Of a stretch of DNA of 64,000 nucleotides, positions 29,860 through 39,719 are shown one piece after another; position 1 is the stretch's first letter, and each line of letters starts with the position of its first letter. Where the stretch lies: assembly GCA_963664405.1 (NCBI GenBank), contig OY761158.1, positions 960,001-1,024,000 of the forward strand, in the 5' to 3' direction. The notes beneath the pieces are model-generated. The model had not been told where the DNA came from and searched no databases. It worked only from the letters and a program-made list of their open reading frames with translations. A program made the position numbers and the translations under genes. This stretch comes from Thermoanaerobaculia bacterium (lineage in GTDB: Bacteria; Acidobacteriota; Thermoanaerobaculia; Multivoradales; Multivoraceae).

Positions 29860-31451
29860 TTTCCTCGCACCTTGTCGGGGAAGCGCTCGAGGAGCGACAG
29901 CAGCGGACCTAGAGCCACTTGGCCCAGACCGCAGATGCTGGTCTCCTTGAGCGTGATGTCGAGCTCGGATAGGAGCGACTCGGTGGCCGGCGACACCGCC
30001 GTGTCTGCCTCCACCAGAGCCACGGCCTTCTCCGAGCCCAGCCGGCAGGGGACGCACTTGCCGCAGGACTCGTTGCGGAAGAATCGAGTGACGTTGAGGC
30101 CAACCTCGAGAAGGTCGCGTCCCTCGGCGACAAAGATCGCGGCTCCTGAGCCGAGCATCGAGCCCGCCGCGGCGAGCGTGTCGAAGTCGAGCGCGAGTGC
30201 AAGAGAGTCGGCGCCAAGAAAATTACTGGACGCTCCTCCCGGCGCCACCGCCGCCAGCGGCAGGCCCTCACGCATGCCGCCACAGCGCTCCAGGATCTCG
30301 CCGAGGGTGGTACCGAAGGGAACCAGCACCACGCCGGGCTCGGCAACGTCGCCACTCACCGCCATGAACTTGTGTCCAGCATGGCCTTCGCGTCCCAGCG
30401 AGCGCCACCAATCGGCACCGCGCTCAGTGATTGCAGCGGCGTGGGCGAGGGTCTCCACGTTGTTGATCAGAGTCGGTTGTCCGAAGAGACCCTCGCTGCC
30501 GGGGAATGGAGGCTTGTTTCGGGGCTCGCCTCTGCGACCCTCCATACACTCGAGCAGCGCGGTCTCTTCGCCGAGAATGTAGCCACCGGGTGAAACGAAG
30601 ATGTCTATGTCGAAGCAGAAGTCGCTGCCCAGGATCTTGTTGCCGAGCACACCGGCGCCTCGCGCCTCCTCGATCGCCGTTTCGAGGCGCCTGCGCTCTG
30701 GCTCGTACTCGTGACGGATGAACACAGTGCCGCGCTCGGCGCCGATGCACAAGGCGCCGAGGGCCATCCCCTCGATCACCAAATGCGGAAGATCGTGAAG
30801 GATCTCTCGATCTTTGAAGGTGCCCGGCTCGCTCTCGTCGGCATTACAGATCACGTACTTCGGCGTTGCCGCCTCGCCGGCCACGATCGACCATTTGCGG
30901 GCGGTAGGGAACCCGGCACCACCCATCCCTCGCAACCCAGAGTCCTCCAGATTGGCGATGATCTCGGCGGAAGGTCGCTCCAAGGCCCGACGTAGAGCGC
31001 CGTAGCGATCCTCCACCTTCTCGTAGGGGTCGGCGGCCCAGCTCCGTACCGGGAGCTCGCTCAACACCGAAGTGTCTTCATCGAGAGCCGCGACGATACC
31101 CTCGAGGTCGTCGGCGGTCATCAGTCTGTGGCCGAGCGCGACCGCCGGCGGACGATCGCATCGACCCAAGCACGAGACCTCATCGATCTCGACGTCATCG
31201 CGACCGGCAACTACCGCTCGCAGCGCCGCGCAAGCCTCCCCTCCCCCAAGAGCACAGGGAAGATCACGACAAAGACTGAGCTCTATCCCCCGCGGGGCTT
31301 CCCGTCGGAAGTGGGTATAGAAGGTCGAGACGCTTTCGAGACGGTGAAGAGGTACTCCCAGCCTGCCCGCAAGGCTGTGAAGCGAGGCGTCGGAAAGCCA
31401 CCCCTCTCGTTCTTGGAGTAGGGTCAGCTCGTGGAGAATGGCCTCTTGCAC
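29856..31451 (-). CDS. NuoE-NuoF fusion (FDH beta / NADH-binding subunit)
   Basis: STFYT, CRDLPC..SCLGRC; LRGMGGAGFP, NADESEPGTFKDR, ESCGKCVPCR, SICGLG. Confidence 0.9.
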   Translation of the reverse strand: MQEAILHELTLLQEREGWLSDASLHSLAGRLGVPLHRLESVSTFYTHFRREAPRGIELSLCRDLPCALGGGEACAALRAVVAGRDDVEIDEVSCLGRCDRPPAVALGHRLMTADDLEGIVAALDEDTSVLSELPVRSWAADPYEKVEDRYGALRRALERPSAEIIANLEDSGLRGMGGAGFPTARKWSIVAGEAATPKYVICNADESEPGTFKDREILHDLPHLVIEGMALGALCIGAERGTVFIRHEYEPERRRLETAIEEARGAGVLGNKILGSDFCFDIDIFVSPGGYILGEETALLECMEGRRGEPRNKPPFPGSEGLFGQPTLINNVETLAHAAAITERGADWWRSLGREGHAGHKFMAVSGDVAEPGVVLVPFGTTLGEILERCGGMREGLPLAAVAPGGASSNFLGADSLALALDFDTLAAAGSMLGSGAAIFVAEGRDLLEVGLNVTRFFRNESCGKCVPCRLGSEKAVALVEADTAVSPATESLLSELDITLKETSICGLGQVALGPLLSLLERFPDKVRGK

Positions 31452-31464
31452 CCGTGTGCCCTTC

Positions 31465-31917
31465 CTAGCTCGCCACCGCAGTTAGCTCGACAATCGGAAT
31501 CTCGCGCTCCGTCCTCTTCTGATAGGTGTCGTAGTCGCTGTAGATCTCCAGGAAACGAGGCCATAGCTCGCCACGGCGCGCTGGCTCCGCCGTCTCTGCA
31601 CGCGCCTGCAATCGCTGCGCTCCGACCTGGATCTCAACCGCGGGATCGTCGACGAGATTCAGGTACCACGCCGGATGCCGATCGGAGCCACCATAGGAAG
31701 CGACCAGCGCGTAGCCGGTCTGAGTCTTCAAATAGAGAAGAGGCAGCGTTCGCGGCAAGCCGGTCTTGCGACCGGTTGTCGTGAGTAGAAGAATCGGTCC
31801 GGCGAGCCAACCCCCGACCCTGCCCCGGCTCACCCGATAGAGCGCCTTGTGCACTCCCACGAAAGCCTGGAAGAGATGGTACCGGAAATCTCCGGGATTC
31901 GGTTTCGGAGGGGCCAT
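31465..31917 (-). CDS. Deazaflavin (F420)-dependent nitroreductase family protein (Ddn-like)
   Basis: LLTTTGRKTG.PR..PL, ASYGG..HPAWYLNL, REIPIV. Confidence 0.88.
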   Translation of the reverse strand: MAPPKPNPGDFRYHLFQAFVGVHKALYRVSRGRVGGWLAGPILLLTTTGRKTGLPRTLPLLYLKTQTGYALVASYGGSDRHPAWYLNLVDDPAVEIQVGAQRLQARAETAEPARRGELWPRFLEIYSDYDTYQKRTEREIPIVELTAVAS

Positions 31918-32046
31918 GAGCTCCTGCAAGCATACCGCTTAGCGTGCAGGTGACGGCGTGCGGGTCACGGCGTGCCTGTTTTCGGCCTGCTTGTCGCGGC
32001 GCGACGGCCACAGGAAGCCGGCAGTACCAACAGGCTGCTTCAGGGA

Positions 32047-32212
32047 CTAGACCCGCGTTTCCAAAGTACGTGCTGCATAGCTCGAGGTCATTCTGTTCGC
32101 TGGCTAGGCGCGCTGACGCAGGCATATTTGGAAATATGTCGAGGAGGCGAAACGACGCCAGCGGGCAGAAGGGCCCGAGATATGTGCGCGAACTTTGGAA
32201 ACGCGGGTCTAG
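32047..32212 (+). repeat. Palindromic MITE-like element, copy 4 (166 bp)
   Basis: Terminal repeat carries a compensatory pair change (GACCCGCG...CGCGGGTC). Confidence 0.92.
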
Positions 32213-32222
32213 GCGATCAGCC

Positions 32223-32252
32223 TTGAGTAGACAACCGGCAAAGTGCTAGCAT
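32223..32252 (+). promoter_or_regulatory. Possible sigma70 promoter of typA
   Basis: TTGAGT-N18-TAGCAT with a TG extension. Confidence 0.35.
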
Positions 32253-32357
32253 CCTTTCTGCCTCTACATGCCACCCTCGGCCTACCGATCCCTACACAAA
32301 ATCTCGCTTCTCTCGTCCCCTGTCGCTGACAGTCTCGCTTCTGCTGAAGAGCTCGCC

Positions 32358-34205
32358 ATGACCACAGCCATCGCTTCCCCACCCGTTGCCAACAAGCGTG
32401 AAGATCTACGCAACGTAGCGATTATTGCCCACGTCGATCACGGCAAGACGACCTTGATCGATGCGCTGCTATGGCAGAGCGGCATCTTCGAAGCGCACGA
32501 GTCGATCAACGAGCGGGTACTCGACTCGATCGACCTCGAGCGCGAACGCGGCATCACGATCATGGCCAAGAACACGGCCATCGACTATCGCGGCACCCGC
32601 ATCAACATCGTCGACACTCCGGGCCACGCCGATTTCGGCGGCGAGGTCGAGCGCACCCTGAAGCTGGTGGACGGCGTGCTGTTACTGGTCGACGCCAGCG
32701 AAGGTCCCCTCCCCCAGACCCGTTTCGTGCTCAAGAAGGCGATGGAATCCGGGCTGGTTCCAGTGCTCATCATCAACAAGATCGATCGCGCGGATGCCCG
32801 CGCCAGCGAGGTCCTCGACGAAGTCTACGATCTGTTCATCGATCTAGGGGCGAGCGACGACCAGCTCGGTTTCCCCGTGCTCTACTGTAATGCCCGGGCC
32901 GGGCTCTGCCGCCGCGAAGCCGACGGCGAAGACTTTCCTCTCTCAACCCTCCTCGACGAGATCCTCGAGACTGTGCCTGCACCGGTCTATGACCCGGACG
33001 CCCCGCTTCAGTTCTTGGTTACCAGCCTCGAATACGACGACTATGTCGGGCGTTTGCTGATCGGCCGCGTAGTCAATGGGTCGGTCGCCAAGGGACAACA
33101 AGCAGTGCTGTGTCGGCTCGACGGCAGCAGCGTGCAGGTCAAAGTCACCCGCCTCTACTCTCATCGAGGGCTCGAGCGCAATGAGGTGAGCGAGGTGGGT
33201 CCGGGCGAGATCGTCGCAATAGCCGGTGTCGACGAAGCAACGATCGGCGACACCCTTTGCGCCGTCGAGGACCCGCGGCCGCTGCCTGGAATCAGCATCG
33301 AAGAGCCGACGATGAGCATGCGCTTCTCGGTCAACAACTCTCCTTTCGCCGGTAGAGAGGGGCAGTATCTAACCTCGAGAAGGCTCCGTCAGCGCTTGCT
33401 GAAAGAGGCGCTCCACAACGTGGCGATAGAAGTCATCGAGACCTCTTCCACCGACTCGCTCGAAGTCGCCGGCAGAGGAGAGCTACAACTCGCGATTCTG
33501 GTGGAGACAATGCGTCGTGAGGGCTACGAGCTCGGGCTCGGCAAACCGCAGATCATGACCCGGACCGTTGATGGCGTACTCGTTGAGCCGGTCGAGATTC
33601 TTCTGGTCGACTGCCCTGAGGAGTTCGTCGGGAATGTCACCCGTCTCCTCGGACCCCGGAAAGGCCGCATGATCGAGATGGCCCACCAGGGCAGTGGGCG
33701 GGTCCGGCTCGAGTTCCGCGTACCTTCTAGAGGGCTTATCGGCCTGCGATCGCCGATGCTCGGCGAAACTAGAGGCACCGCCATTCTCCACCACATTCTC
33801 GACGGCAACGAGCCCTGGGCCGGCGAAATCCCACAGCGAGCGACAGGTGCCTTGGTAGCCGATCGTGCCGGCCGGGTCACCGCCTACGCCTGCGACCACC
33901 TCAAGCCGCGCGGCGTGCTCTTCACCCCGCCCGGATCCGAGGTCTATGCGGGCATGATTGTCGGCGAGCACTCGCGCCCGGGTGACCTCGATGTCAACAT
34001 CACCAAAGAGAAGAGGCTGACCAATATGCGGGCCGCCTCGTCCGACGACTTCGTCAAGATCTCGGGCATCAGAAGCATGAGCCTCGAGGATGCAATCGAG
34101 TTCCTTGCCGAGGACGAGGTCGTCGAGGTGACGCCAAAGGCCTTCCGCCTGCGCAAGCAGTCTCTTCGGGCCTCGGACCGGAAGAAGCTGACACCCACGG
34201 ACTGA
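32358..34205 (+). CDS. typA: Translational GTPase TypA/BipA
   Basis: [42 protein letters not shown]. Confidence 0.95.
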   Translation: MTTAIASPPVANKREDLRNVAIIAHVDHGKTTLIDALLWQSGIFEAHESINERVLDSIDLERERGITIMAKNTAIDYRGTRINIVDTPGHADFGGEVERTLKLVDGVLLLVDASEGPLPQTRFVLKKAMESGLVPVLIINKIDRADARASEVLDEVYDLFIDLGASDDQLGFPVLYCNARAGLCRREADGEDFPLSTLLDEILETVPAPVYDPDAPLQFLVTSLEYDDYVGRLLIGRVVNGSVAKGQQAVLCRLDGSSVQVKVTRLYSHRGLERNEVSEVGPGEIVAIAGVDEATIGDTLCAVEDPRPLPGISIEEPTMSMRFSVNNSPFAGREGQYLTSRRLRQRLLKEALHNVAIEVIETSSTDSLEVAGRGELQLAILVETMRREGYELGLGKPQIMTRTVDGVLVEPVEILLVDCPEEFVGNVTRLLGPRKGRMIEMAHQGSGRVRLEFRVPSRGLIGLRSPMLGETRGTAILHHILDGNEPWAGEIPQRATGALVADRAGRVTAYACDHLKPRGVLFTPPGSEVYAGMIVGEHSRPGDLDVNITKEKRLTNMRAASSDDFVKISGIRSMSLEDAIEFLAEDEVVEVTPKAFRLRKQSLRASDRKKLTPTD

Positions 34206-34245
34206 AGTGGGCCGAGGCTCATTCGACAACGGCGAGGAGTAGAAG

Positions 34246-35238
34246 ATGAGCGAGACCTTCCGCGCAGTGGTCGCGGACAAAGTTGACGACAAGCACTGCG
34301 TCGCCATCCGCGATCTGTCTGTGAGCGACCTCCCGGAGCACGACGTCCTCGTCAACGTCGAGTATTCGACCCTCAACTACAAAGACGGCCTCGCCGTCTC
34401 CGGCGCGGCTCCCATCTGCCGTAGCCTCCCGATGGTATGCGGCATCGACCTGGCGGGAAGCGTGGCCGAATCGTCGTCCCCGGATTGGAGCCCAGGAGAC
34501 CGGGTACTGGTCAACGGCTACGGTCTCAGCGAGAGTCACTGGGGTGGTTACAACCAGAAGGCGCGTCTCGATCCGGGCTGGCTGGTCAGAGTCCCCGATC
34601 CCTTCACCGCCAAAGACGCCATGGCCATCGGTACCGCCGGATACACCGCGATGCTCTGCGTGATGGCACTGGAGGAGCACGGCTCGACGCCAGAGGGCGG
34701 GGACATTCTGGTCACCGGAGCCGCCGGAGGCGTCGGATCCGTCGCCGTCGCCCTGCTCGCAGGCCTCGGATATCGGGTCATCGCCTCGACCGGCCGAGCC
34801 GAGACCCATGACTACCTGGGAGAGCTCGGGGCCTCCGAGTTTCTCGACCGCGAAGAGCTCGCGGGCAAGCCGCGCGCCCTCGGCAAGGAACGCTGGGCGG
34901 GAGCGGTCGACGCCGTCGGCTCCACCACCCTGGCAAACGTCCTGGCGCAGACCCAATACGGAGGCTGCGTGGCCGCTTGCGGACTCGCCGGAGGTATGGA
35001 CCTACCCGCGACCGTCTATCCCTTCATCATCCGCGGTGTGACTCTCGCCGGCATCGACTCGGTGATGGCGCCGATGGCGCGCCGAGAGGAAGCTTGGCGG
35101 CGGCTGGCTCGGGACCTACCGATCGAGTCACTGCGCAAGATGACGCAGGTGGAACCGATGAGCGAGATCGAGAGCCTGGCGAAAAAGATTCTCGCCGGCG
35201 CAACTCGCGGACGAGTCGTCATCGACGTAGCCTCCTGA
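34246..35238 (+). CDS. acuI: Acrylyl-CoA reductase AcuI/YhdH family
   Basis: YSTLNYKDGLA, GTAGYTAMLCV, GAAGGVGS, PFIIRGV.L.GIDSV. Confidence 0.9.
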   Translation: MSETFRAVVADKVDDKHCVAIRDLSVSDLPEHDVLVNVEYSTLNYKDGLAVSGAAPICRSLPMVCGIDLAGSVAESSSPDWSPGDRVLVNGYGLSESHWGGYNQKARLDPGWLVRVPDPFTAKDAMAIGTAGYTAMLCVMALEEHGSTPEGGDILVTGAAGGVGSVAVALLAGLGYRVIASTGRAETHDYLGELGASEFLDREELAGKPRALGKERWAGAVDAVGSTTLANVLAQTQYGGCVAACGLAGGMDLPATVYPFIIRGVTLAGIDSVMAPMARREEAWRRLARDLPIESLRKMTQVEPMSEIESLAKKILAGATRGRVVIDVAS

Positions 35239-35291
35239 AGTGATTGCTATCACTTCCTCCGGCTACCATTACATGGCGCCGAGGACGGCGC
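35227..35291 (+). repeat. 40-bp imperfect palindrome plus REP-like hairpin, copy A
   Basis: GTAGCC..GAAGTGAT-TGCT-ATCACTTC..GGCTAC, then TGGCGCCGAGGACGGCGC; matches 57684-57749. Confidence 0.7.
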
Positions 35292-35359
35292 GTCCTGAAC
35301 TGGCGGCGCATCCAGACTCCTCGCGCAGGCTCCTGAGGGCTACACCGCTGAGAGTCTTC

Positions 35360-35677
35360 TCAGTTCTGCAGCGCCAGAGCGAAGTGTACGGCCTCGTCGA
35401 CGGCCGAGATCTTCTCTGGGCGCAGGAGGCAGATCGGGTCGTGGAGCGAGCTCTTCGAGATCGTCACCAGGCTGTCGAGATTCACCACGCACTCTCGCGG
35501 CAGGCCGTCCTCCGGCCCGAGAGGCACCTCGACCGGGATTTTTCGCACTCGCGTACTGAGAGGCGCTACAGTCACCAGCCTCCGCACCGAGTAAGCTTCG
35601 TTCCGAGACAGGAGCAGCACAGGACGTCGGCCTGCCTGGCCTCGAAGGTCGGCCCACCAAACCTCTCCACGTCTCAA
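35360..35677 (-). CDS. mazF: MazF/PemK family toxin
   Basis: RRGEVWWADL, RRPVLLLSRN, VAPLST, VNLD. Confidence 0.9.
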   Translation of the reverse strand: MRRGEVWWADLRGQAGRRPVLLLSRNEAYSVRRLVTVAPLSTRVRKIPVEVPLGPEDGLPRECVVNLDSLVTISKSSLHDPICLLRPEKISAVDEAVHFALALQN

Positions 35678-35925
35678 TCCCAGTCGCTCCCCTCGAGGAT
35701 CGGCTGCGCCGCCTCGCTGGCGGCATGCGCTTCCTCTTCGGTCTCCGGCTCGGCCATGTAACCGGCGACGTAGGCCGCCAGCTGCAACTCCTCACGGGTC
35801 CGATCCACCAGGCCCTCGAGAGCTCGTCGCACCAGCTCGCTGCGCGACTCACCCTCGCGCCGGCACTCCCTCTCGGCCGTCTCCAGCACTTCGGGCGGAA
35901 GACTCACTGAGATCTTCGTTGCGAT
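35674..35925 (-). CDS. Ribbon-helix-helix antitoxin; start uncertain
   Basis: KISVSLP...SRSELVRRAL; 4-nt overlap with the toxin gene. Confidence 0.8.
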   Translation of the reverse strand: MATKISVSLPPEVLETAERECRREGESRSELVRRALEGLVDRTREELQLAAYVAGYMAEPETEEEAHAASEAAQPILEGSDWD

Positions 35926-36060
35926 GGCCCTTTTGGGGCCGACCCCACCAACAGACCAACTGGTTGGGAGCCGCCCACGACCCGGCAAGGTCGGCCGGTC
36001 GCCGTCTACTTCAATCTGACGGTGAAGTTCGACCTGCAATAGACTACTGCGCGGGGACAA

Positions 36061-38184
36061 TTGAGAGCTCGCGCCAACTCCGCAATCGTAGTGTCGAGCT
36101 GCCTCCTCGGCACCCTCTTCTTCGCAGCCTGCGCCAACGAGGCGCAGCGCATCGACCCCGAGCCGACTCTGATTCTGGATCTCGTCCGCGACGGAGAGCC
36201 CGAGGACCAAGAGATTCTCGCCTTGGATCTCGGCTCACCCGAATCTCGGGCGAGCCTCCTCTCGGGTTGGTCCGCCGATACGACTAGAGGAGGTAGGACC
36301 ATCGTCTGGGCCGAGGGCCGCGAGTCGGTGTTGGAGCTCACCCTCCCTCAACCCTCTCCGCTCGTGGTGAGATTCGTCGGCAGGGGTTACGGAAGGACAA
36401 GGGGTGCCAGCCGAATCGCGATCCTCCTGAATGACTCACCGGTCGGCGAGATCCTGCTCCACCGGCGATGGAGGGCGGTCCCTCACTATCTGAGGTTGCC
36501 GGCGTCGGCCACCACCGCGGGCACCAATCGCTTCCGTCTCGTCTACTCCGATCGCGCGTCGGGCGACGACAGACACGACGAACGTCGAAGGCGGATAGCC
36601 TGGGATCGCATCGATATCCTGAAAGCCACTCGCATCGAGCGGGTGGAAGAAGACGGGGAGATACGGCTGCCGGCGGGAGACAGCCTCAGTTCCACCGTCC
36701 TCGTGACCGGCTCCAGCGCGCTTCACATCGACGGAATGACTCTGCTCGGAGAGGCCAGCGGACTGCGCGTCGAGCGTCGGATCGACGGCCAGGCGTCTGA
36801 AGTCTTGACCGTCATCGCCGACCCCAACACTCAACCCGTCGAGCTGAGCTCGGACCCCGGTCTCGTGACCCTACGGCTGGTGGCGGAAGGGCCACCGGGC
36901 TCGTCAGTCGTGCTGAGAAATCCGCAGCTGCGAGGTTCCGGCCGCAGGTCGCGGCGCCCGAACCTCATCCTCTACGTGGTCGACACCCTGCGCGCGGATC
37001 ATCTCGGCTGCTACGGCTACCCGCACGCCACCTCGCCGAGACTGGATGCTCTGGCCAAGGACTACCTTCTCTTCGAGGACGCGGTGTCGCAGTCGTCCTG
37101 GACGCGACCTTCGGTCGCTTCGATCATGACCGGTCTGGACCCCAGAGCTCATCGCGCGGTCAACCGAGATGACGGCATCCCGCAAACCGCCACGACGCTG
37201 GCCGAGGAGCTCGGGCGCCTCGGCTACCGGACCGGAGCCGTCATCACCAACGGCAACGTTCACGGTCGCTTCGGTTTCTCCCAGGGCTTCGACGACTACA
37301 TGTATCTTGGCGAAGACGCCGGAACCGTCAACCTACACAAGACCGCGCACATGGTGCACGAGAGAGCCGAAGAATGGATTCGATCGCTGGCGCACGGCAA
37401 GCCGTTCTTCCTCTACATGCATACGACCGACCCGCATGACCCTTACACTCCGCTCTCCGATCCGGAAGCCTGGAACGAGGTCTCCGGCCTTCTCGCTCAA
37501 TCGGCGGAATCGGTCGGCGCAGAGGACATTGCCAAGCTCACCTCTCTCTATGACCTCGAGATCCGCCAGAACGACGAGGCCTTCGGGATGATCCTGGATC
37601 TTCTGGTCGACCTGGGCCAATGGGACGACACGATGGTGATCTTCACTTCGGATCACGGAGAAGAGTTCGGCGACCACGGCGGCTTCCGACACGGGCGCAC
37701 CCTCTTCGACGAGCAGATCCGCGTGCCGCTGGTCGTCAAGCCCGCCTCGCCTCCCGATCCGATCCGAGTCGCTGCGACGACGCGCCTTACCGACATCTTC
37801 CCTACCGTGCTGGAGGTTGTCGGCCTGGAGCCGGGTGCCGAAGTGGACGGCCGGAGCTGGCTTCCCTCCATAAGCCAAGGAGCTCCGCCAAGGCCCGCCT
37901 TCTCTCATCTGGAGCTCGACGGCCGCTCGGCCGAGAGCGTTGTGCTCGAAGAGTGGAAGCTGATTCGCACCCGCGAGGACGGCGGCTGGCGCACTCAGCT
38001 CTTCGATCGACGTCGGGACCCCGGCGAAGAGCAAGACCTGGCGGAGCAGGAGCGCGAACAGCTCCGCCGGATGGCAACTCTTCTGACAGCCCACAGCGAA
38101 GCCCAGATACCCATGTCAGGCACCAAGATCGAGATCGATGCAGCCCTCAAGAAGAGGCTCGAGGCCGCCGGTTATCTCAAATGA
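36061..38184 (+). CDS. Sulfatase-like hydrolase/transferase lipoprotein (paralogue of 8554-10797)
   Basis: Lipobox FAAC, VDTLRADHLG, QSSWTRPS, SDHGEEF. Confidence 0.85.
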   Translation: MRARANSAIVVSSCLLGTLFFAACANEAQRIDPEPTLILDLVRDGEPEDQEILALDLGSPESRASLLSGWSADTTRGGRTIVWAEGRESVLELTLPQPSPLVVRFVGRGYGRTRGASRIAILLNDSPVGEILLHRRWRAVPHYLRLPASATTAGTNRFRLVYSDRASGDDRHDERRRRIAWDRIDILKATRIERVEEDGEIRLPAGDSLSSTVLVTGSSALHIDGMTLLGEASGLRVERRIDGQASEVLTVIADPNTQPVELSSDPGLVTLRLVAEGPPGSSVVLRNPQLRGSGRRSRRPNLILYVVDTLRADHLGCYGYPHATSPRLDALAKDYLLFEDAVSQSSWTRPSVASIMTGLDPRAHRAVNRDDGIPQTATTLAEELGRLGYRTGAVITNGNVHGRFGFSQGFDDYMYLGEDAGTVNLHKTAHMVHERAEEWIRSLAHGKPFFLYMHTTDPHDPYTPLSDPEAWNEVSGLLAQSAESVGAEDIAKLTSLYDLEIRQNDEAFGMILDLLVDLGQWDDTMVIFTSDHGEEFGDHGGFRHGRTLFDEQIRVPLVVKPASPPDPIRVAATTRLTDIFPTVLEVVGLEPGAEVDGRSWLPSISQGAPPRPAFSHLELDGRSAESVVLEEWKLIRTREDGGWRTQLFDRRRDPGEEQDLAEQEREQLRRMATLLTAHSEAQIPMSGTKIEIDAALKKRLEAAGYLK

Positions 38185-38188
38185 CGTC

Positions 38189-38355
38189 CTAGTGTCCCGT
38201 GCGGGAAGTTCGTTGCCATTCGAGCGCCGATGCATCCCGCTGGGCGGCGTTGCTCCTCGTCGACAGAGTCCCAGCTATGCCTGCCTCGGAGCGCCTTGCC
38301 CAGCGGGCGCCTCGACGCTCTCGGTGGTCAACGAACTTCCCACACGGGACACTAG
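38189..38355 (-). repeat. Divergent palindromic MITE-like element (167 bp), same core with different arms
   Basis: Ends CTAGTGTCCCGTG..GGGAAGTTCGTTG; minus-strand core GCAAGGCGCTCCGAGGCAGGCATA...TGTCGACGAGGAGCAACGCCGC. Confidence 0.88.
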
Positions 38356-39140
38356 ACGTGGGACAGGTAGTCGGTCCTACCACCGTCGGCAAGTAGAAGC
38401 TGGCCGGTCATGAAGCCGGCTTGCGGCGAGGCAAGAAAAGCGATTACCGCCGCGATCTCCTCCGGCTCTCCCACACCGCGACCGAGAACCGAGTTTGCGT
38501 TCATCCGATCCGCAATCGCCTGGAACTGCTCTTCGCTTCGGCCTGCCGCGGTCATATCCGTCTTGGTGAAGCCGGGCAGGACAGCATTGACCGTTATTCC
38601 GTCGCTGCCGAGCTCGAACGCCATTCTCCGGGTGAGGGCGAGTACCGCCGCCTTCGTGGCCGCGTAAAGAGTCGTGCCCGCCAGCGCGGTGCCGATGCCC
38701 GCGTTCGAGGCAACATTGATGATCCGGCCCCAGCCCTTCTCGACCATCAGCGGCGCGGTGGCTTCGGCGCAGTGAAGAACGCCCTTTACATTGGTCTGCC
38801 ACATCGCGTCGAATTCGTCGTCGTCGTAGGCGAGGAGAGTGCCGCGATGCATGATCCCCGCATTGTTGACCAAGATGTCGACGGAGCCTAGATCCCGCAC
38901 CACCTGCTCGACCATCGCCGCCACCGCCGACCGCTCGCCGACATCGGCGCGATAGGCCTCAGCTCGCCCTCCACCTTCGACAATCGCGGCCACGACTTCC
39001 TCGGCGGCGTCCTCGCGGCTGCGGTAATTCACCGCCACCTCGGCACCAGCTGTCGCGAGATCGAAGCAAGCGGCGCGACCGATACCTCTCGAGCCCCCAG
39101 TTACCAGCGCGACTCGGCCCTCTAGATCTTTCTTTGTCAT
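38352..39140 (-). CDS. SDR, FabG-like
   Basis: TGGSRGIG, NNAG, YAATK. Confidence 0.9.
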   Translation of the reverse strand: MTKKDLEGRVALVTGGSRGIGRAACFDLATAGAEVAVNYRSREDAAEEVVAAIVEGGGRAEAYRADVGERSAVAAMVEQVVRDLGSVDILVNNAGIMHRGTLLAYDDDEFDAMWQTNVKGVLHCAEATAPLMVEKGWGRIINVASNAGIGTALAGTTLYAATKAAVLALTRRMAFELGSDGITVNAVLPGFTKTDMTAAGRSEEQFQAIADRMNANSVLGRGVGEPEEIAAVIAFLASPQAGFMTGQLLLADGGRTDYLSHV

Positions 39141-39152
39141 AAGAACCTCAGC

Positions 39153-39719
39153 TCAGTGTTGTGCTCGAACCAGATCGCCGGCGGCAAATGTTTTCTCGTC
39201 CACTAGGGCTGCCTCCTCCACCGGGACGCGAACCAGGAGGTCGTCAATGCGCGCGCATAGCTCCGCGTTGCAAGCCTGTCCATTGATGCGCGCCCAGGCC
39301 TCCTCACCCTCTCCCCGCTTCACCTTGGCCGCGAATCGGGAGGCACCCGAGAACCCCCACGTGAACCAGCGTATCTCGGGCTGTGATAGCTCTTCAGGAG
39401 GTGATTGGAACCAAGGCCCGTCGACCGCGAGGCCGCCAATGACTTCGATGCGAGTCGGAAGCTCGGTCTCAGGCTCGGCCTTTCCCGTCCACGCCCGGGC
39501 CCGCTCTACGTTGTCGAGGGCATAGCTGTGCCAGCCCGCGGCATGCTCCGCCTCGATCACCACATGGGAGGAGTCCACACGCGCACGGTAGGTCACCACC
39601 GCCTGATCTCGATAGCGCACTTCAGCAGCCTCTCCCCACTCCGCGGAGGGATGCTCAGCCGCGATCGCGAGAGCTGGGACCAAGGCGAGAGTCGGCACCC
39701 ATCGCAGCCCGTTGCTCAT
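39153..39719 (-). CDS. Exported protein resembling the DsbD N-terminal domain
   Basis: Signal peptide, GWHSY, GQACNAELC. Confidence 0.55.
   Translation of the reverse strand: MSNGLRWVPTLALVPALAIAAEHPSAEWGEAAEVRYRDQAVVTYRARVDSSHVVIEAEHAAGWHSYALDNVERARAWTGKAEPETELPTRIEVIGGLAVDGPWFQSPPEELSQPEIRWFTWGFSGASRFAAKVKRGEGEEAWARINGQACNAELCARIDDLLVRVPVEEAALVDEKTFAAGDLVRAQH

Noticed and set aside
8379-32212. CRISPR array or tRNA interpretation of the repeats
   Set aside because: Copies are dispersed kilobases apart and ~166 bp long, with no spacers, cas genes or cloverleaf
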